In this document: positions 12,430-24,000 of the stretch, piece by piece
Layout of the letters: the number at the start of each line of letters is the position of its first letter
Position numbering within the stretch: position 1 is the stretch's first letter
NCBI RefSeq assembly: GCF_018977255.1
Contig: NW_024704742.1
Location: 45,572,001-45,636,000, forward strand
DNA: 64,000 bases
From: Callorhinchus milii
Lineage: Eukaryota
Reading direction: 5' to 3'
Notes under the pieces: model-generated
What the model saw: only the letters and a program-made list of their open reading frames with translations
What the model was told of the DNA's origin: nothing
Databases searched by the model: none
Made by a program: the position numbers and the translations under genes

Positions 12430-13040
12430 CCCACAATGATAAATCTTTCCCTCCTTCAATTTCAACCTCTTGATTTAAGGATGCTTTCTCCAGGATCTTA
12501 ACTGAAATTTGATGAAACAACATCTCAAACAGGGAGGAAGAGAGACAGCCACAGGGGTTCTTTGCTTGGAAAACATGTCCTCAGTAAACCAAGTTACCAT
12601 GCTGGTAAGTTTATTAGACCTTTTTTTTAATAATACAGTAGTAAATGAGCAGAATTATAATTAAAGAGGAAGAACAGATTGATTTTTATTTTATTGTGTC
12701 CTGGTTAATCAAGTTACAATAAATTAAAACAGCCAAGTACACATTCAGCAATAGAATTGGTTACTTTCTAGTTTGAAATTGTAATTTTGTTGATCACTTG
12801 CTTAATGGGGTGCTTAATTACCTGATTATAGCTACAATGTGCTTTAATTTCAAAGTAGGACGTCACTCGTTCATTGCAGCAAATAATATCACTGTTACGC
12901 CTCCGGTGAAATTTTAATAAGCAGCCACTTTCTCAAGTTTCTCATGAAGTCACCATTGAAAATTTAAGCTACAATTGATTGCAAAATATTTATAACTGAC
13001 ATCAAATAAATCTTTCAAATAATTTCCAGGCAAGTAAATA
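12430..13040 (+). mobile_element. Harbinger transposase fossil (weak)
   Basis: KDAFSRILTEI, MSSVNQVTMLVSLL, CLMGCL, KI*ATIDCK, FITDI, FPGK in the expected order. Confidence 0.4.
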
Positions 13041-13529
13041 TTTTTCTTGATATCCAGAAGTGTTTCCAGCATATTTTGCAACAACAACAACAGGATTACA
13101 TTTGTATAGCGCCTACAGCTATGTGATCGCCAGGCTTGAAGTATAGTAAACTCCTGGTAATTTGGCCCTGGCTTAACTTGTCACTACCATTTAAGTCAAA
13201 TTCCCTGCATTTTCAGTCAAACCTGTTTTCAGCAACCATTCAGCGGCTTTTATGTAAGGGTGATCTCTGAATAAGGGTTCATTGATTCATTCATCAGGCT
13301 CAAATATTTTTTTAAATAAATTCCGTGGGTGAAAAATTTCTGTGTAGATTCTTGCTGGACTCCAAGCACATTTACCAATGCTACTTCACAGCTGGGGCGG
13401 GAAGCCATCGGCATCATGTTGACTGATCAGCGCGGTGTTGATCAGTGTACAAGAAGTCTAGCGGAAATCTAGACGCAGGCCCATGGAAATTGGTAATGAA
13501 TTACTGGTAAGCACACTGAAATTCATTTA

Positions 13530-14230
13530 AAACTAACTGCTGAAAAGGTTGTACATTAGAGAAATGATTGTTGGACAGAGGTGGTTTATTTTGGAAAATC
13601 GGTTGAAACTGTTCCAAAGTTACAGTTGACAGTAGATGGTTGCAGAATAGATGTGGTTACCTTATTTATGTATTTATACAAATACCTAATTTGGCACTCT
13701 GGATAATCCGTCACTGAGACCTTGTAGTAATGAATTAGTAGGAGTTTACTGATAGAACAGTAGAAGACCTCCCCCAGTTCAGCCTGGTATAAGTCTAGTT
13801 ACTGGGAGGAATATGACTCAGGTTCCTTATCAAGTTTGAAATATTGCAAATTAATCCCTGTTAGTATCCCGGCTCACACCAGGGAAAATTAATGCTAGAG
13901 ATTTGTGCTTGTGTGAATTTGATTGATTGACTCTGACAATGGCAAAGTGAAGCTTGGTCTTAGATAAGCTGCAGGTTTTTATTTAATGGTGAAAGATGTC
14001 CATTTAGATAAAGATTAAGGGCCAGCGAACTTTGCTATGCTGAAAAAAAAGTGGTGATTTCAATAGCTGTTTTTACTTCAAGGTTCTGAGGCTTGGGTCT
14101 GTTTGGTTTGAATGAGACCGAGCATTCAGAAGATCATTAGAGAGCTATGAATGAAGAAAGTCCTTTGGGTCATTTGATCTAATTCTTTGGCAATTTATTC
14201 TGATTTCCCTCCAGTAATACTTGTTGTATG
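13530..14230 (+). mobile_element. Harbinger transposase fossil
   Basis: YIREM; VPKLQLTVDGCRI at 13611 (FPKVQGAIDGCHI); YTNT*..HS; RAMNE..LI*FFGNL. Confidence 0.6.
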
Positions 14231-14399
14231 CTTAGTACCTAAATAACTAAGCTCTTCCACAGCTTCTGTAAAACTGTTTCCCCACTCCATCGCCTTGGGT
14301 TCATAGTTAGCTGTGTGAATCTCTGAGACATTCTCTCAACGTGAGAAGAACTATATACATGTGAATTGTTGTTGTTTTAAGTAAGAAGGCAACATATTT

Positions 14400-14540
14400 C
14401 AGTGATCCAAGAAGCAGCTGCATTATCCACGTTACTTGAAGCTGCTCCACATCCATGTCTTTGGTTTTGTCTCTGTCCATGATGAGGATTTGGGAAACCA
14501 TAGAAACAATGCTGCGGCAAGTTGCTGCAGAGGTGTTTGC
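14400..14540 (-). mobile_element. Harbinger transposase fossil (short C-terminal piece)
   Basis: FPNPHHGQRQNQRHG..NVDNA (P.NP...QRRYN.RH..NVVERA). Confidence 0.4.
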
Positions 14541-14899
14541 AGCAAGTTTTTGTCCACAAAATCCACTTTAAAGTATATCCTGTGAAGCGCTTTGAGACGT
14601 CTTAATGATGTGATAAGGCTTTATATCAAAGGCAAGGATTATTAAGTTAGCTTTAAGAATTTGAAGGGATGAAATTCAGGAATAATCCTGAGCAAGCCAT
14701 AGCACAATTTTCTGATATCTCACCTCTTGAGAATTTTTCTTGTTTTTGCTGATATTAGCATTGAGGGGATTGCAGGCTGTAAATCCCCATTTTCAGTTAT
14801 TCATTTTTATGTAACGTTTTTGGCACTAATTGCCAAACATGGATGAAAAAACCTATTAAGTTAAATTGCCACCTCGTCTGAAATGTTAGGTGCTAAAGT

Positions 14900-15070
14900 A
14901 AACATGAAATAATGAATACAGTAATGCAGCATTGTTAATTTTGCATGGATTTTATGACTGTTCTCATCACATCATGTCATTTTTAGACTGGAAATAGAAT
15001 TAACAATTGAAAACAGTCTTCTTGAGCTTTACTGCCAATACAATTGTGAAAGCATTTCTGTTAACCGTGG
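14900..15070 (+). mobile_element. Harbinger transposase fossil (C-terminal piece)
   Basis: LTIENSL (RTIENAF), TIVKAFLL (IVKACCVL). Confidence 0.4.
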
Positions 15071-15071
15071 A

Positions 15072-15465
15072 CTACAACACAAAACAAAAACAAAATTACA
15101 TTTGTAAAGTGCCTTTCATGTCAGGAGGACAAACAGAGTTTCAGACCCGAGCTGAGGGTTTGGATTGTAGAGGGTGGAGGGCAGGGGAGGAAAGCAGGGA
15201 GATCAAAAGAACGGTCGAAGAGGAGGGTCCTGAAATGGGTTTTGAAGGTGGCAAGGGAGGGGTTGAGGCAGAGGGACTGCGGGATGGAGTTCCAGAGGGT
15301 GGGGAAGAGTGGCAGAAGGCCCCATCCGCCAATAGTGGGGCAAGCGAGGCAGGGGACTTGAAGCAGGCCAGAGCCCGCTGAGTGGAGGGAGCAAGAAGGA
15401 TGGTAGGGGGTTAGGAGGTCGCAGAGGTAGGGGGGAGCAAGGCCATGGAGGGATTTGAAGGTGAT
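15072..15465 (-). mobile_element. L2 LINE 3' fragment
   Basis: ORF 15121-15483 TFKSLHGLAPPYLCDLL..LWNSIP..FKTHFRTLLF. Confidence 0.9.
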
Positions 15466-15604
15466 TTTGAAAATGTTCCACAATTCTATGCAATCTTCAA
15501 TTTTAAGACAAAATAGTATGATAGGCTGTTAATAAGTGAAATCTCAGGCTTAATTTGGCAGTTGATTTCTTTTTAAGACTGGCAGCTTTCAAATTCAGCA
15601 TGAA

Positions 15605-15672
15605 TCATAGAATCGTAGAATTATACAACACAGAAGGAGGCCATTCGTCCCATCGTGTCTGTGCGGCTCTTT
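15605..15672 (-). mobile_element. CR1 extreme 3' end
   Basis: catagaatcgtagaat tail plus ggaggccattcg. Confidence 0.8.
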
Positions 15673-15779
15673 GTTTTTATTTTGAGGGATTATTATCAAG
15701 AGTGTGGAGTAAAGAAACTTGCCAAGTTTCATACTGCCAAGAATCAAATGCAGGTCTCTATGTCCTCTTATTCTAATGT

Positions 15780-16120
15780 CCATGAAGACTCTTCTGAGTT
15801 GTCTTCTCTAAAGACTGAAGAGCCCTAGCTTGTCTAATCATTACTCAGTCAATGGCTTCATGTGTGAAACTCAAAGTCTTGTTTGAATCTGACTTCTCTA
15901 CCTATCCTCCCACTTTTAGCAATCCATGTATTATACCCCAAATTCTTCAGTTCCCCCATTCCATTGAGAGAATTACGACTTGGGTATAATTCCATTTTCT
16001 AAGCTTCTTTCCAAAATGTACTGCTTTACATTTTTCTGCAGTGAATTCTACTTTCCATCAATCTTCCTACTCCACTAAACTGTCAATGGCTGTAGCCTCC
16101 TGCACCATTTATCACTGTGA
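15780..16120 (-). mobile_element. old CR1 ORF2 fragment
   Basis: Reverse complement encodes LGLFSL-like and W...EFTAEKCKA-like RT segments. Confidence 0.6.
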
Positions 16121-16149
16121 ACAATTTTAACAATATTTTGTTTGAATTG

Positions 16150-16420
16150 ATAATATATAAAATTCTGCACTATACAACATTGTGCATTTGCACCATATAT
16201 TTTTTGAAAAAATGAAAAACAAACTGAAGAGGCATTCACCTGTTAAATTGCTTCAGATTTTATGAAAGTCGGTTTAGTCACAGTTTGTTAAGGTAATCTC
16301 TGTCAATTCAAGTTTGTGACATGTATTGGAATCTGTTCAGTGGATAAATATTAAGTTAAAGAAGTGAAGAAATCCAGGCAGTTACAAATGGGCATGATTC
16401 CAAAGCAGAAAACCAAACCA
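16150..16420 (+). mobile_element. Harbinger transposase fossil
   Basis: LYNIV (FYNIA), SHSL..SIQVCD, RNPGS..HDS (WPGS.HDS). Confidence 0.6.
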
Positions 16421-16439
16421 GAGAATTGGCCCACTGTAC

Positions 16440-16755
16440 CAATTGTCCTTCAGCCCCCACATCCGTGCCACGAACCACTCCACCGAGACCCTCATCCATG
16501 CATGCATTACATCCAGGCTCTGAAACTCCATCCCATAGTCCCTCTGCCTCACTCCGTCCCTTGCCTCCTTCACTACCCGTCCCTCTTCTTCGACCGTGCC
16601 TTCGGTCACCCTCCTACCCCTACCCTCCCCACCCTCCAACCCTCCTGATCCCAATCACGAGCTCAGGTGCGGATCCCTGACTATCCAGCGCCTTAGGATG
16701 TCCTCCTAACGTGAAAGGTGCTATACAAAGTTAAGTTGTTGTTGTTGTTGTTGAA
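16440..16755 (+). mobile_element. L2 LINE 3' fragment
   Basis: LFFDRAFG motif, hairpin tail, (GTT)n. Confidence 0.85.
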
Positions 16756-16919
16756 GACTTTCCTCTTCTTCTATGTCTATGGTCATCTCCCCCCTCTCCC
16801 TGGCTTGGCATCAAGCTCTGCCACTGTTAAGTGCTCCAAGATGCTACCCCACATGAAGGGTGCTATATAAATGCAAGCTGTTGTTGTTGATATTACCCCA
16901 TCATTAGAAAATTATTTGG

Positions 16920-17036
16920 GGAGGACCAGTTTGCAGGGCTATGGGGAGAGTGGGGGATTGAGATTGATTTGGATAGCTCTTTTCAAAGAGGGCCGAATGC
17001 CCTCCTTCTGTGCTGTATAATACTACGATTCTATCA
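16920..17036 (+). mobile_element. CR1 3' end
   Basis: gggccgaatg..cctccttctgtgctgta..gattctat tail. Confidence 0.8.
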
Positions 17037-17159
17037 TTATAAGCCTGAGATTTCACTTACTAATACCCTATCATACTATTCTGTCTTAAAATTGAAGGTT
17101 GCAAAGAATTGTGGAACATTTTTAAAATCAGTTTTAATTTGGAGGTTGGTTTCTTTTTA

Positions 17160-17900
17160 AAATTGGTAGCTTTCAAATTCACCATGAATATGAGAATTTT
17201 CTCCAATACTGTTGCGTGATCTTGTTGTTTCACAGCCTAAGATAAAGTGAATTGCAAGCTTTAACTGATCACTTCTTCAAGAAAGGAGGAGAAACGATGG
17301 AGGGGAATGCTATTTTAATGCCTTTATCAGACCCACACTTCATCTGAGAAACGTTTAACTTGGGTGATGCATATTTTCTTCCATTCTGCTTCCTATTTAC
17401 TTGCAATAAATCCTTCAATAAACTTTCAGTTCAATTGGTTGGGCAATAGAATAAAAGACTAAAATGGTAATAATATAGAGAAGTCCCTCTATCAGCATTT
17501 TGATCAGACTGAAGCTATGATCACCATCTACTGTGGTATTCAGCCTTGCATCTGCTTTATACATTGTGGGGAAGATCATTTATGGCTTGTACTTTTGAAC
17601 ACCAGAAACTGATGAAGCGGGACAAGCGTTGATGCAAATTTGCATTTTTATTGCTCATAACACTTCCTGAATTACAAATTATGAAGCATTTCCAGACCAG
17701 TTACTGCTTGAAGAACAATATGATCCAATTATCAGCCATGAGACATATATGTTTCCCATTTGATTTTATCCAGAGCATTCTAATATTCTCTAGTGCAAAA
17801 TGACACTTGCAATGAACTAATTGAAAAGAGATCTAATTGAACAACAAAAANTTAGAAAAAGACATTCACCCAATCTGACCTCTCAGAAAATCAACTCATT
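17160..17900 (+). mobile_element. Harbinger transposase fossil (near full length)
   Basis: TSSEKRLTWVMHIFFHSASY (SPEKRLAITLRYLATGDSY); CGIQPCICFIHC (GFPQCIGAIDC); SVDANLHF; YMFPI*FYP; EQQKXRKRHS. Confidence 0.7.
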
Positions 17901-18153
17901 GCAGCTCTGATAATTATTCATGTGAATATTCCTTGCAAAATTAGGCATCACTGAACTTATAAACAAGTTTGCTAGTTGTATTATTCCCTCTAAATAAATT
18001 GCTTATTCAAGCCATTTGTCATTGTCAAAACAAATTATATAGATTAGCACATGGTGCTCATATTTTAGAAAGTTTTTTGTTTGATTAAATAAGCACAAAC
18101 TAACACTGAGATAGTATTGTATAGGATCATTTGCAATATATTTAAATGTTAAC

Positions 18154-18470
18154 CTAGCTCAGTTAGTTGCACTCTCACTTCTGGGTCAGAAAGTTCACGT
18201 TCCACATCAGGATATTGAGCTCATAGTCTAGGCTGACATTCAAATGTAATTCTGGTTCAGCTTTATATTGTTGCAGGTGTCAAACTTAGGGTAACACATA
18301 TAGTCGAGGTGCCATTCAGATGGATGTTGTTTGACTATCGCACTATTTGAAAAGAGGAGTTTCTCTTACATTTTGACCAAGTACCTTCCACATACAAATT
18401 GATCATTCATTTCATGGCTGTTTATGGAATGCTGCGATTTGCAAATTGGCTGCTGCATTCACATTCAAGT
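18154..18470 (+). mobile_element. older full-length DeuSINE (SacSINE1/AmnSINE1-like)
   Basis: Head gctcagttagttgcactctcacttctgggtcagaa, cactatttgaaaagaggagtttctc, Deu core. Confidence 0.75.
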
Positions 18471-18959
18471 TCACAACCTCAACACTTTTTAAAACATTAT
18501 AAGCACCACATCAAAAACAATAATTCAATCCATATAACAAAATATAGGAGATATGATTTTATTGGGTTACTTTAGCTCCTTATATGGCATAGCAAAAGAA
18601 GCCCATAGCTTAATCTCTTACAGTAAACTTCCTATACTTTACTGCTGGAGAAAATAATAGAATGAAAGAAATTACAGAATAGGAGGAGCCTATTCGGTCC
18701 AACAGCCTAAGCTGATGTTTGGTCATTCACTGGAGCCAACTACTCTAATCTCAGTTTCCTGCTCTTTCCTTGTGCCTTTTTATATTCGTCATCTACAAAT
18801 GTTTCATCAAGATTTTACCCCAAGCAATCAATATTCCTCAAAAATCAATATTCCGCAGTGGTTCTGCCATTGAGTTAAATTCATGTCAGAAAATGGGATT
18901 TAACAACCCAAGCCAGTACAGAAATGATGGGCCAAATGGTCTCTTTCTTTGCTGAAAAT

Positions 18960-19620
18960 GTTTGTTTCTATGAGAACTAAAGATTAACATAGTGTGTGAC
19001 CAATGCCCCCCTGGATTCAACAGAATGGTCAAGCCCAAATCTGGCTCAAAGCTTTGAATTTCACAGCATTTATATTTGAGACCTGTGCTTTTGCTTAAGG
19101 TAGCCAGTATCCCATGAAACTGCAAAAATCTGGCTTCTTCTTAAAAAAAATAAAGCTTTGAGGCCAACCATGGTGCAGAAGTTGGGGGAGGTGTCGGGGG
19201 TGGTGGTGGTTGCGGGGGTTGTTAGCAGCTTCACTGCTTACACTTTTACGTGGCTCTAGTGCAATTTTTAAGGGCAAAAATATGAAGTATAGTATGATAT
19301 AGGACAAACTGAAGGAAACAGTGGAAAAAATAAAACAAAGGGGGGAGCAAACAGAACAAAGATTGATGTCTAAGTGAAATATGAAAGATACTCTGCTACA
19401 GCAATGGGATGTTCACAATAAAACACAGATAACACTGCTGAATAAAGAGTTAAACACCATTGGTCTTCTCAGACCACATATGGTATAAAACACGAAACAA
19501 CATGGAATCATTATTGACCGCCAATTCCGTTGTTTGCTATTGCTCCAATAATTGCTATTATTATTGATGAATTGCTGGATTGAAACTTTTCTGGCTCGCT
19601 GCCTTGTGACACAACGAAAA
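18960..19620 (+). mobile_element. Harbinger transposase fossil (C-terminal half)
   Basis: INIVCDQ; IP*NC; VHNKTQITLLNKELNTIGLLR (YNKAH.TTRNVIERTIGLLK); RQFRCL; FLARCL..HN. Confidence 0.7.
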
Positions 19621-19744
19621 AAGTAAATTGTATGATCTTGCTTCCTTTACACAAGAGAAGCTTTGCTGTAATCTAGCTTCAGGTGCCTCTGTGAGGCTGG
19701 TATTGAAATGTCCTTTGTTATGTAGAATCCATAGATTACCTGGG

Positions 19745-20522
19745 ATAATATTAATAATAATCTATGCATTTGATATCAGCCTTATCGTGCCTTATCATAT
19801 CTCAAAGTGTTTCACAGGATTCATTGTAGAGTATGGTGACTGTATTTTCTGTGCAAAAGCAGCAGCCAATTTGTGCACAGAAATATCCCATAAATTGCCT
19901 TGAAGTGATTAACTAATTTTATGCAGTAAACGCCTCCGTCTTACCAGACTTTGGGTATCTGGAATTTGAACATAGCCGGACTGAGCGTGAAACTAAAAAT
20001 TAAAATCCACGGATCTAAAATGTCAACAGGCCTGTGTGTAGACTCCCTCCACCTAACTCCTAGCATGTGTCACCGCGTCGCTGAGCAACCTCATTGTCCT
20101 TCCTGGCCTTCACAATGACTCAGATTGTTTGAATCCCACTAGCAGTAAATAGATTATTCGCTATCTTCTGCTCGTAGGATTCAATCAAATACAATGCCGA
20201 CTCACTGGACCGGATCGCTTCCCTGCCTCCCCCTCCAATAGTCCAGCTAGCTTGGGGTGTAAGTGCATAGGGGACTGTTGGCCAGAATATCTTGAGAAAC
20301 TCCCTTCTCTTTTCAAGCAGTGCCATGGGATCTTAAGCATCCACCTGGACAAACAGATGGGACCTCAGTTTAATGTTGCATCTGAAGAACAGCACTTCTG
20401 ATATAGAAGTGCTTCCCCGGCACTGTATCAGAGTCAGCGTAGGCCGGTGGGTTCCAAGTCCCAAAGTGGGGCTTCAACTCACAACCTTCCATCTCAGAAG
20501 CAAGAGTGCTACCAACTGAGCC
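19745..20522 (-). mobile_element. older DeuSINE split by a 350 bp insertion
   Basis: 3' half 19745-19919 and 5' half 20270-20522 join into a colinear element. Confidence 0.8.
19920..20269. mobile_element. non-autonomous DNA transposon, Tigger/pogo-like MITE
   Basis: Interrupts a DeuSINE; degenerate inverted ends tatgcagtaaacgcc.. / ..ggggtgtaagtgcata. Confidence 0.55.
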
Positions 20523-20739
20523 AGTTGGTAGCACTGAGCTACCAACAGCACAAGCATGTCTTTAGTGGATAGTGAAATGTACTTGTGTTTAATAAAGGCT
20601 GTATCCATTTAGTTCTTTTGATTGCAATTTAATACAATTATATTCATACATTTAGCTTATTCTGCAGTGATTGTAACAATCTGCTTGATACTTTTAAAAT
20701 ATTTTGTTATACTTTCTTAAACTATAATCTTTAACTTTC

Positions 20740-21420
20740 CTTCAGTTCATGATAATTGTATCCACCATAGTTCCAGCTTTTATATTGCGACTCTTGAGTG
20801 TAATCTATCTAGACTCACATAAATAAAGTCCAGTATTATTCGTGCAGTTATGAACCAGTTATTTTGCAATTTAACACTATTGGTAGCAATCTGGGTATTT
20901 GTTGTTAACATGATGAACTGTCCAAATATGCTAATTTTTCCCTGTGGATTACTGTACAAGTTAATGCAATCATAATTTAGCTATAGTGCACATAGCTCAA
21001 GCATAGACAAAATATGGTGACCTGCTGTATTGATGTAATAAAAAGGCAAGTTTAATTGCTAAATAATTCCAATTCAATATAGGGTAAATAAAACTATTAT
21101 TTTTATCAGCCGGATGTCTGACACATGTGGAATACCATCATTGTGCTTAAGGGTATCCAAACCAGATAGAGATCTACATACGTATGTCACTTACCCATGG
21201 GTATTTCCATGTGTCTGGATTATAGTGCACACTCTCTTCCTGGAGGGATGTACCCTAATTAGGATTTACCTAATCTGGAAAATAATACACACAGGTTGTT
21301 GACCCCAGTGTATGTTTATATAACCAGCATATAAACATATGCTGAAATATAACCAGCTAAAACCATGAAGCTTACCATTGAGAGCACTATTTGGCAAGCT
21401 TCCTGCTACTCCTCCAGCCA
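20740..21420 (+). mobile_element. Harbinger transposase fossil (near full length)
   Basis: SIIRAVMNQLF, CNKK, SAGCLTHVE, MYP..YLI, LYNQH, LTIEST/FGKL (IERTFGRL). Confidence 0.55.
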
Positions 21421-21562
21421 AGACCACCCTACCCATTGGGTTTAGCAACATAGAATAGGGCACAATGATAAATGAAATATTGTTTAATTTAAATAGTAGA
21501 TTTAAGTGTAACAATAGATAAACAACTGGAACTACATAGCAACAGCTCAAAAAGACTAATTT

Positions 21563-21630
21563 TCTCTTTCAAATGCTAATAAACCTGCTATGTATTTTCA
21601 GGATTTACTGTTTTTATTTCAGTTTTGAGC
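21563..21630. mobile_element. Penelope-like terminal repeat fragment
   Basis: aaacctgctatgtattttcaggatttactgtttttatttcag; same family as 60115-60560. Confidence 0.45.
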
Positions 21631-21667
21631 ACAAAAATAGCCACTCTAATTAAGAGTAATTCCTTTT

Positions 21668-22230
21668 AGAATATATTAGAATACATTAGAATATCCAACA
21701 CAGAAACAGGCCATTCGACCCAACTGATCTATGCCGGTGTTTATGCTCCACATGAGCCTCCTGCCCTTTCCCTAACTAAGCCTACAAGCATAACCTTCTA
21801 TTACTTTCTCCCTCATGTACCTATCTAGCTTTCCTTTAAATACATCTATGCTATTTGCCTCAACAACTCCTTGTGGTAGCAAGTTCCTCATTCCCACTAT
21901 TCTCTGTGTGAAGAAATTCCTTCTAACTTCCCTATTCGATCCATTTGTGACTATTTTATATTCATAGTCCCTGGTTTTGGTCTCCCCCACAAGTGGAAAC
22001 ATCTTTTCTTTGACTACCCTATCAAAATCTATCTTCATTTTAAAGACCTCTATCAGGTCACCCCTTACCCTCCTATTTTCAAGAGAAAAGAGTCCAAGTA
22101 TGTTCAGCCTTTCCTGATAGGTATAACCTCTCAGTTCTGAGATCATCCTTGTGAATGTCCTTTGCCACCCTCTCCAGTGCCTCTACATCCCTTCTATGAT
22201 GTGGGGACCAGAACTGGACACAGTATTCTA
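21668..22230 (-). mobile_element. CR1 LINE 3' fragment
   Basis: ORF 21772-22146 YQERLNILGLFSLENRRVRGDLIEVFK..RNFFTQR; 10-mer tail. Confidence 0.95.
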
Positions 22231-23674
22231 ATAATAATCTAATAATATTTTTTTAATATTAATAATTGCTTTGATATATCATGTTATCACATTGTTGAGA
22301 CTTCACAGGATATACTGCAAAGTGATGACTGAGTGTATTTGGTGGACAGACTTTTGAAGTTATTTGAGATATTTCAATTTAACCAAATACATTTGTAGGT
22401 GGGGTGGGGGGTGGGGAGGTGGTCTTAGGAATGTACAGAGGAAACCATTTAAATCTAATATAAGAACAACAACTTACACTGATATTGCCCCACACACAAG
22501 GTAGCGGCCCAGAGCGCTAATCTCAATACATAATTGTTATCCTTGGTAGAGGGATTTAAAATAAAGAGACATAAATTATAATGTTAGAGTTAAGTCAGTA
22601 ACGTACAAGATTATTAAATATTTATTTACATCAAGGTGAAATGTGGAATGAGCCGTCTCAAAAGCCCACCCATGCAGAATTGATTAGAACATCTACAAGG
22701 GAGATTGTTACTGTAGCTCCTTTGGAAGTAAGTGTGGAAGAAAAATAGGTGGGAAAATAAGATAAAAATCTACCATGATCTATTAATGCAACAGACCAGG
22801 TTTCACAGGCTGAATGTCTGCTTTCCTGTACCTTAGTTTCTTCGTCACTTTGCATTTTTTAAATTTAAACAATGAACACTTTAAAAATGTTGGAGACAGA
22901 GATATGGGGAAAAATGATTAATGGTGTAGTTAAGAGACAGAGTGTTTGAACTATTCATCTTGCGTGCAGTTCCACACATGGTTTCAGTTGGACAGAATAG
23001 CGTTGAATATTCTTAGGTAAAGTACTTAAGCTGTATGTGAGCAGAGTAGAAATGAAAGAATTAAAAAATAAACTCCAGAATAATTATATATATAATGAAT
23101 TATAATTATATAAAATTATATATAATAAATAATTATATAAAGTCATGGCAAGAGATGTTCAACACCAAAGCACAAGGATAATATAAACTAAAATATTTCT
23201 AAATCTTAACTCAATGTATGATATAATAATAGTAAACAATAATCATTGTATTTGATATAGCAATTCGGGAGGTCAACCCACAACAAGTTACATTTATCAT
23301 AGAATCATAGAATCATAGAATCGTACAGCACAAAAAGAGGCCATTCGGCCCATCGAGTTTGTGCCGGCTCTTTGATTAGAGCAATTAATGTCAATCCCAC
23401 TCCCCAGCCCTTTCCCCATAACCCTGCAAACATGTCCTCCTCAAATGCCCGTCCACCGCATTTTTAAAAGTAGTTATCGAATCAGCCTCGACCAGGCAAT
23501 GCGTTCCAGATTCGAACAACTCGCTGCATGAAAAAATTTCTTCTCACCTCCCCTCTGCTTTTTTGGGAGACTATTTTGAATCTGTGACCTCGAGTCCCCG
23601 ACACACCCACCAGTGGAAACAGTTTTTTCCTTTCTACCCTATCAAATCCCCTCATGATTTTGAAGATCTCTATT

Positions 23675-24000
23675 AATAATAATAATAATAATAATAATCC
23701 TTGCATTTGATATAGCGCTTTTCACGTCGGGAGGACGTCCCAAAGCGCTTCACAGAATAGACTGTTAAGTGAATTGACTGTATATTTGTGGGCGAACGCG
23801 GCAGCCAATTGCGCACAGCAATGTCCCACAAACAGTCGTAGATTGAAAATGACCAATTTATTATTGTTTTTGTTTTGGAGGGATTATTATTAGGCGTGTG
23901 GAGTAAGGAAACTTGCCCAAGGTTTCGCCCTGCCTGGAATTGAACTCAGGTCTCTCACTTGCAAAGCGAGTGCTCTAACCACTGAGCTACAGGACTCCAC
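23675..24000 (-). mobile_element. young tRNA/Deu SINE, short subfamily, full length
   Basis: Near identical to the 34181-34499 copy. Confidence 0.95.

Noticed and set aside
17851..17851. Single N base
   Set aside because: Assembly ambiguity; the fossil reading frame continues across it
21195..21274. Minus-strand exon with ttttccag acceptor and GTAAGT donor
   Set aside because: Stops in all three frames and it lies antisense within a Harbinger fossil; a non-coding exon cannot be excluded
23078..23140. AT-rich quasi-palindromic tract
   Set aside because: Low-complexity slippage sequence
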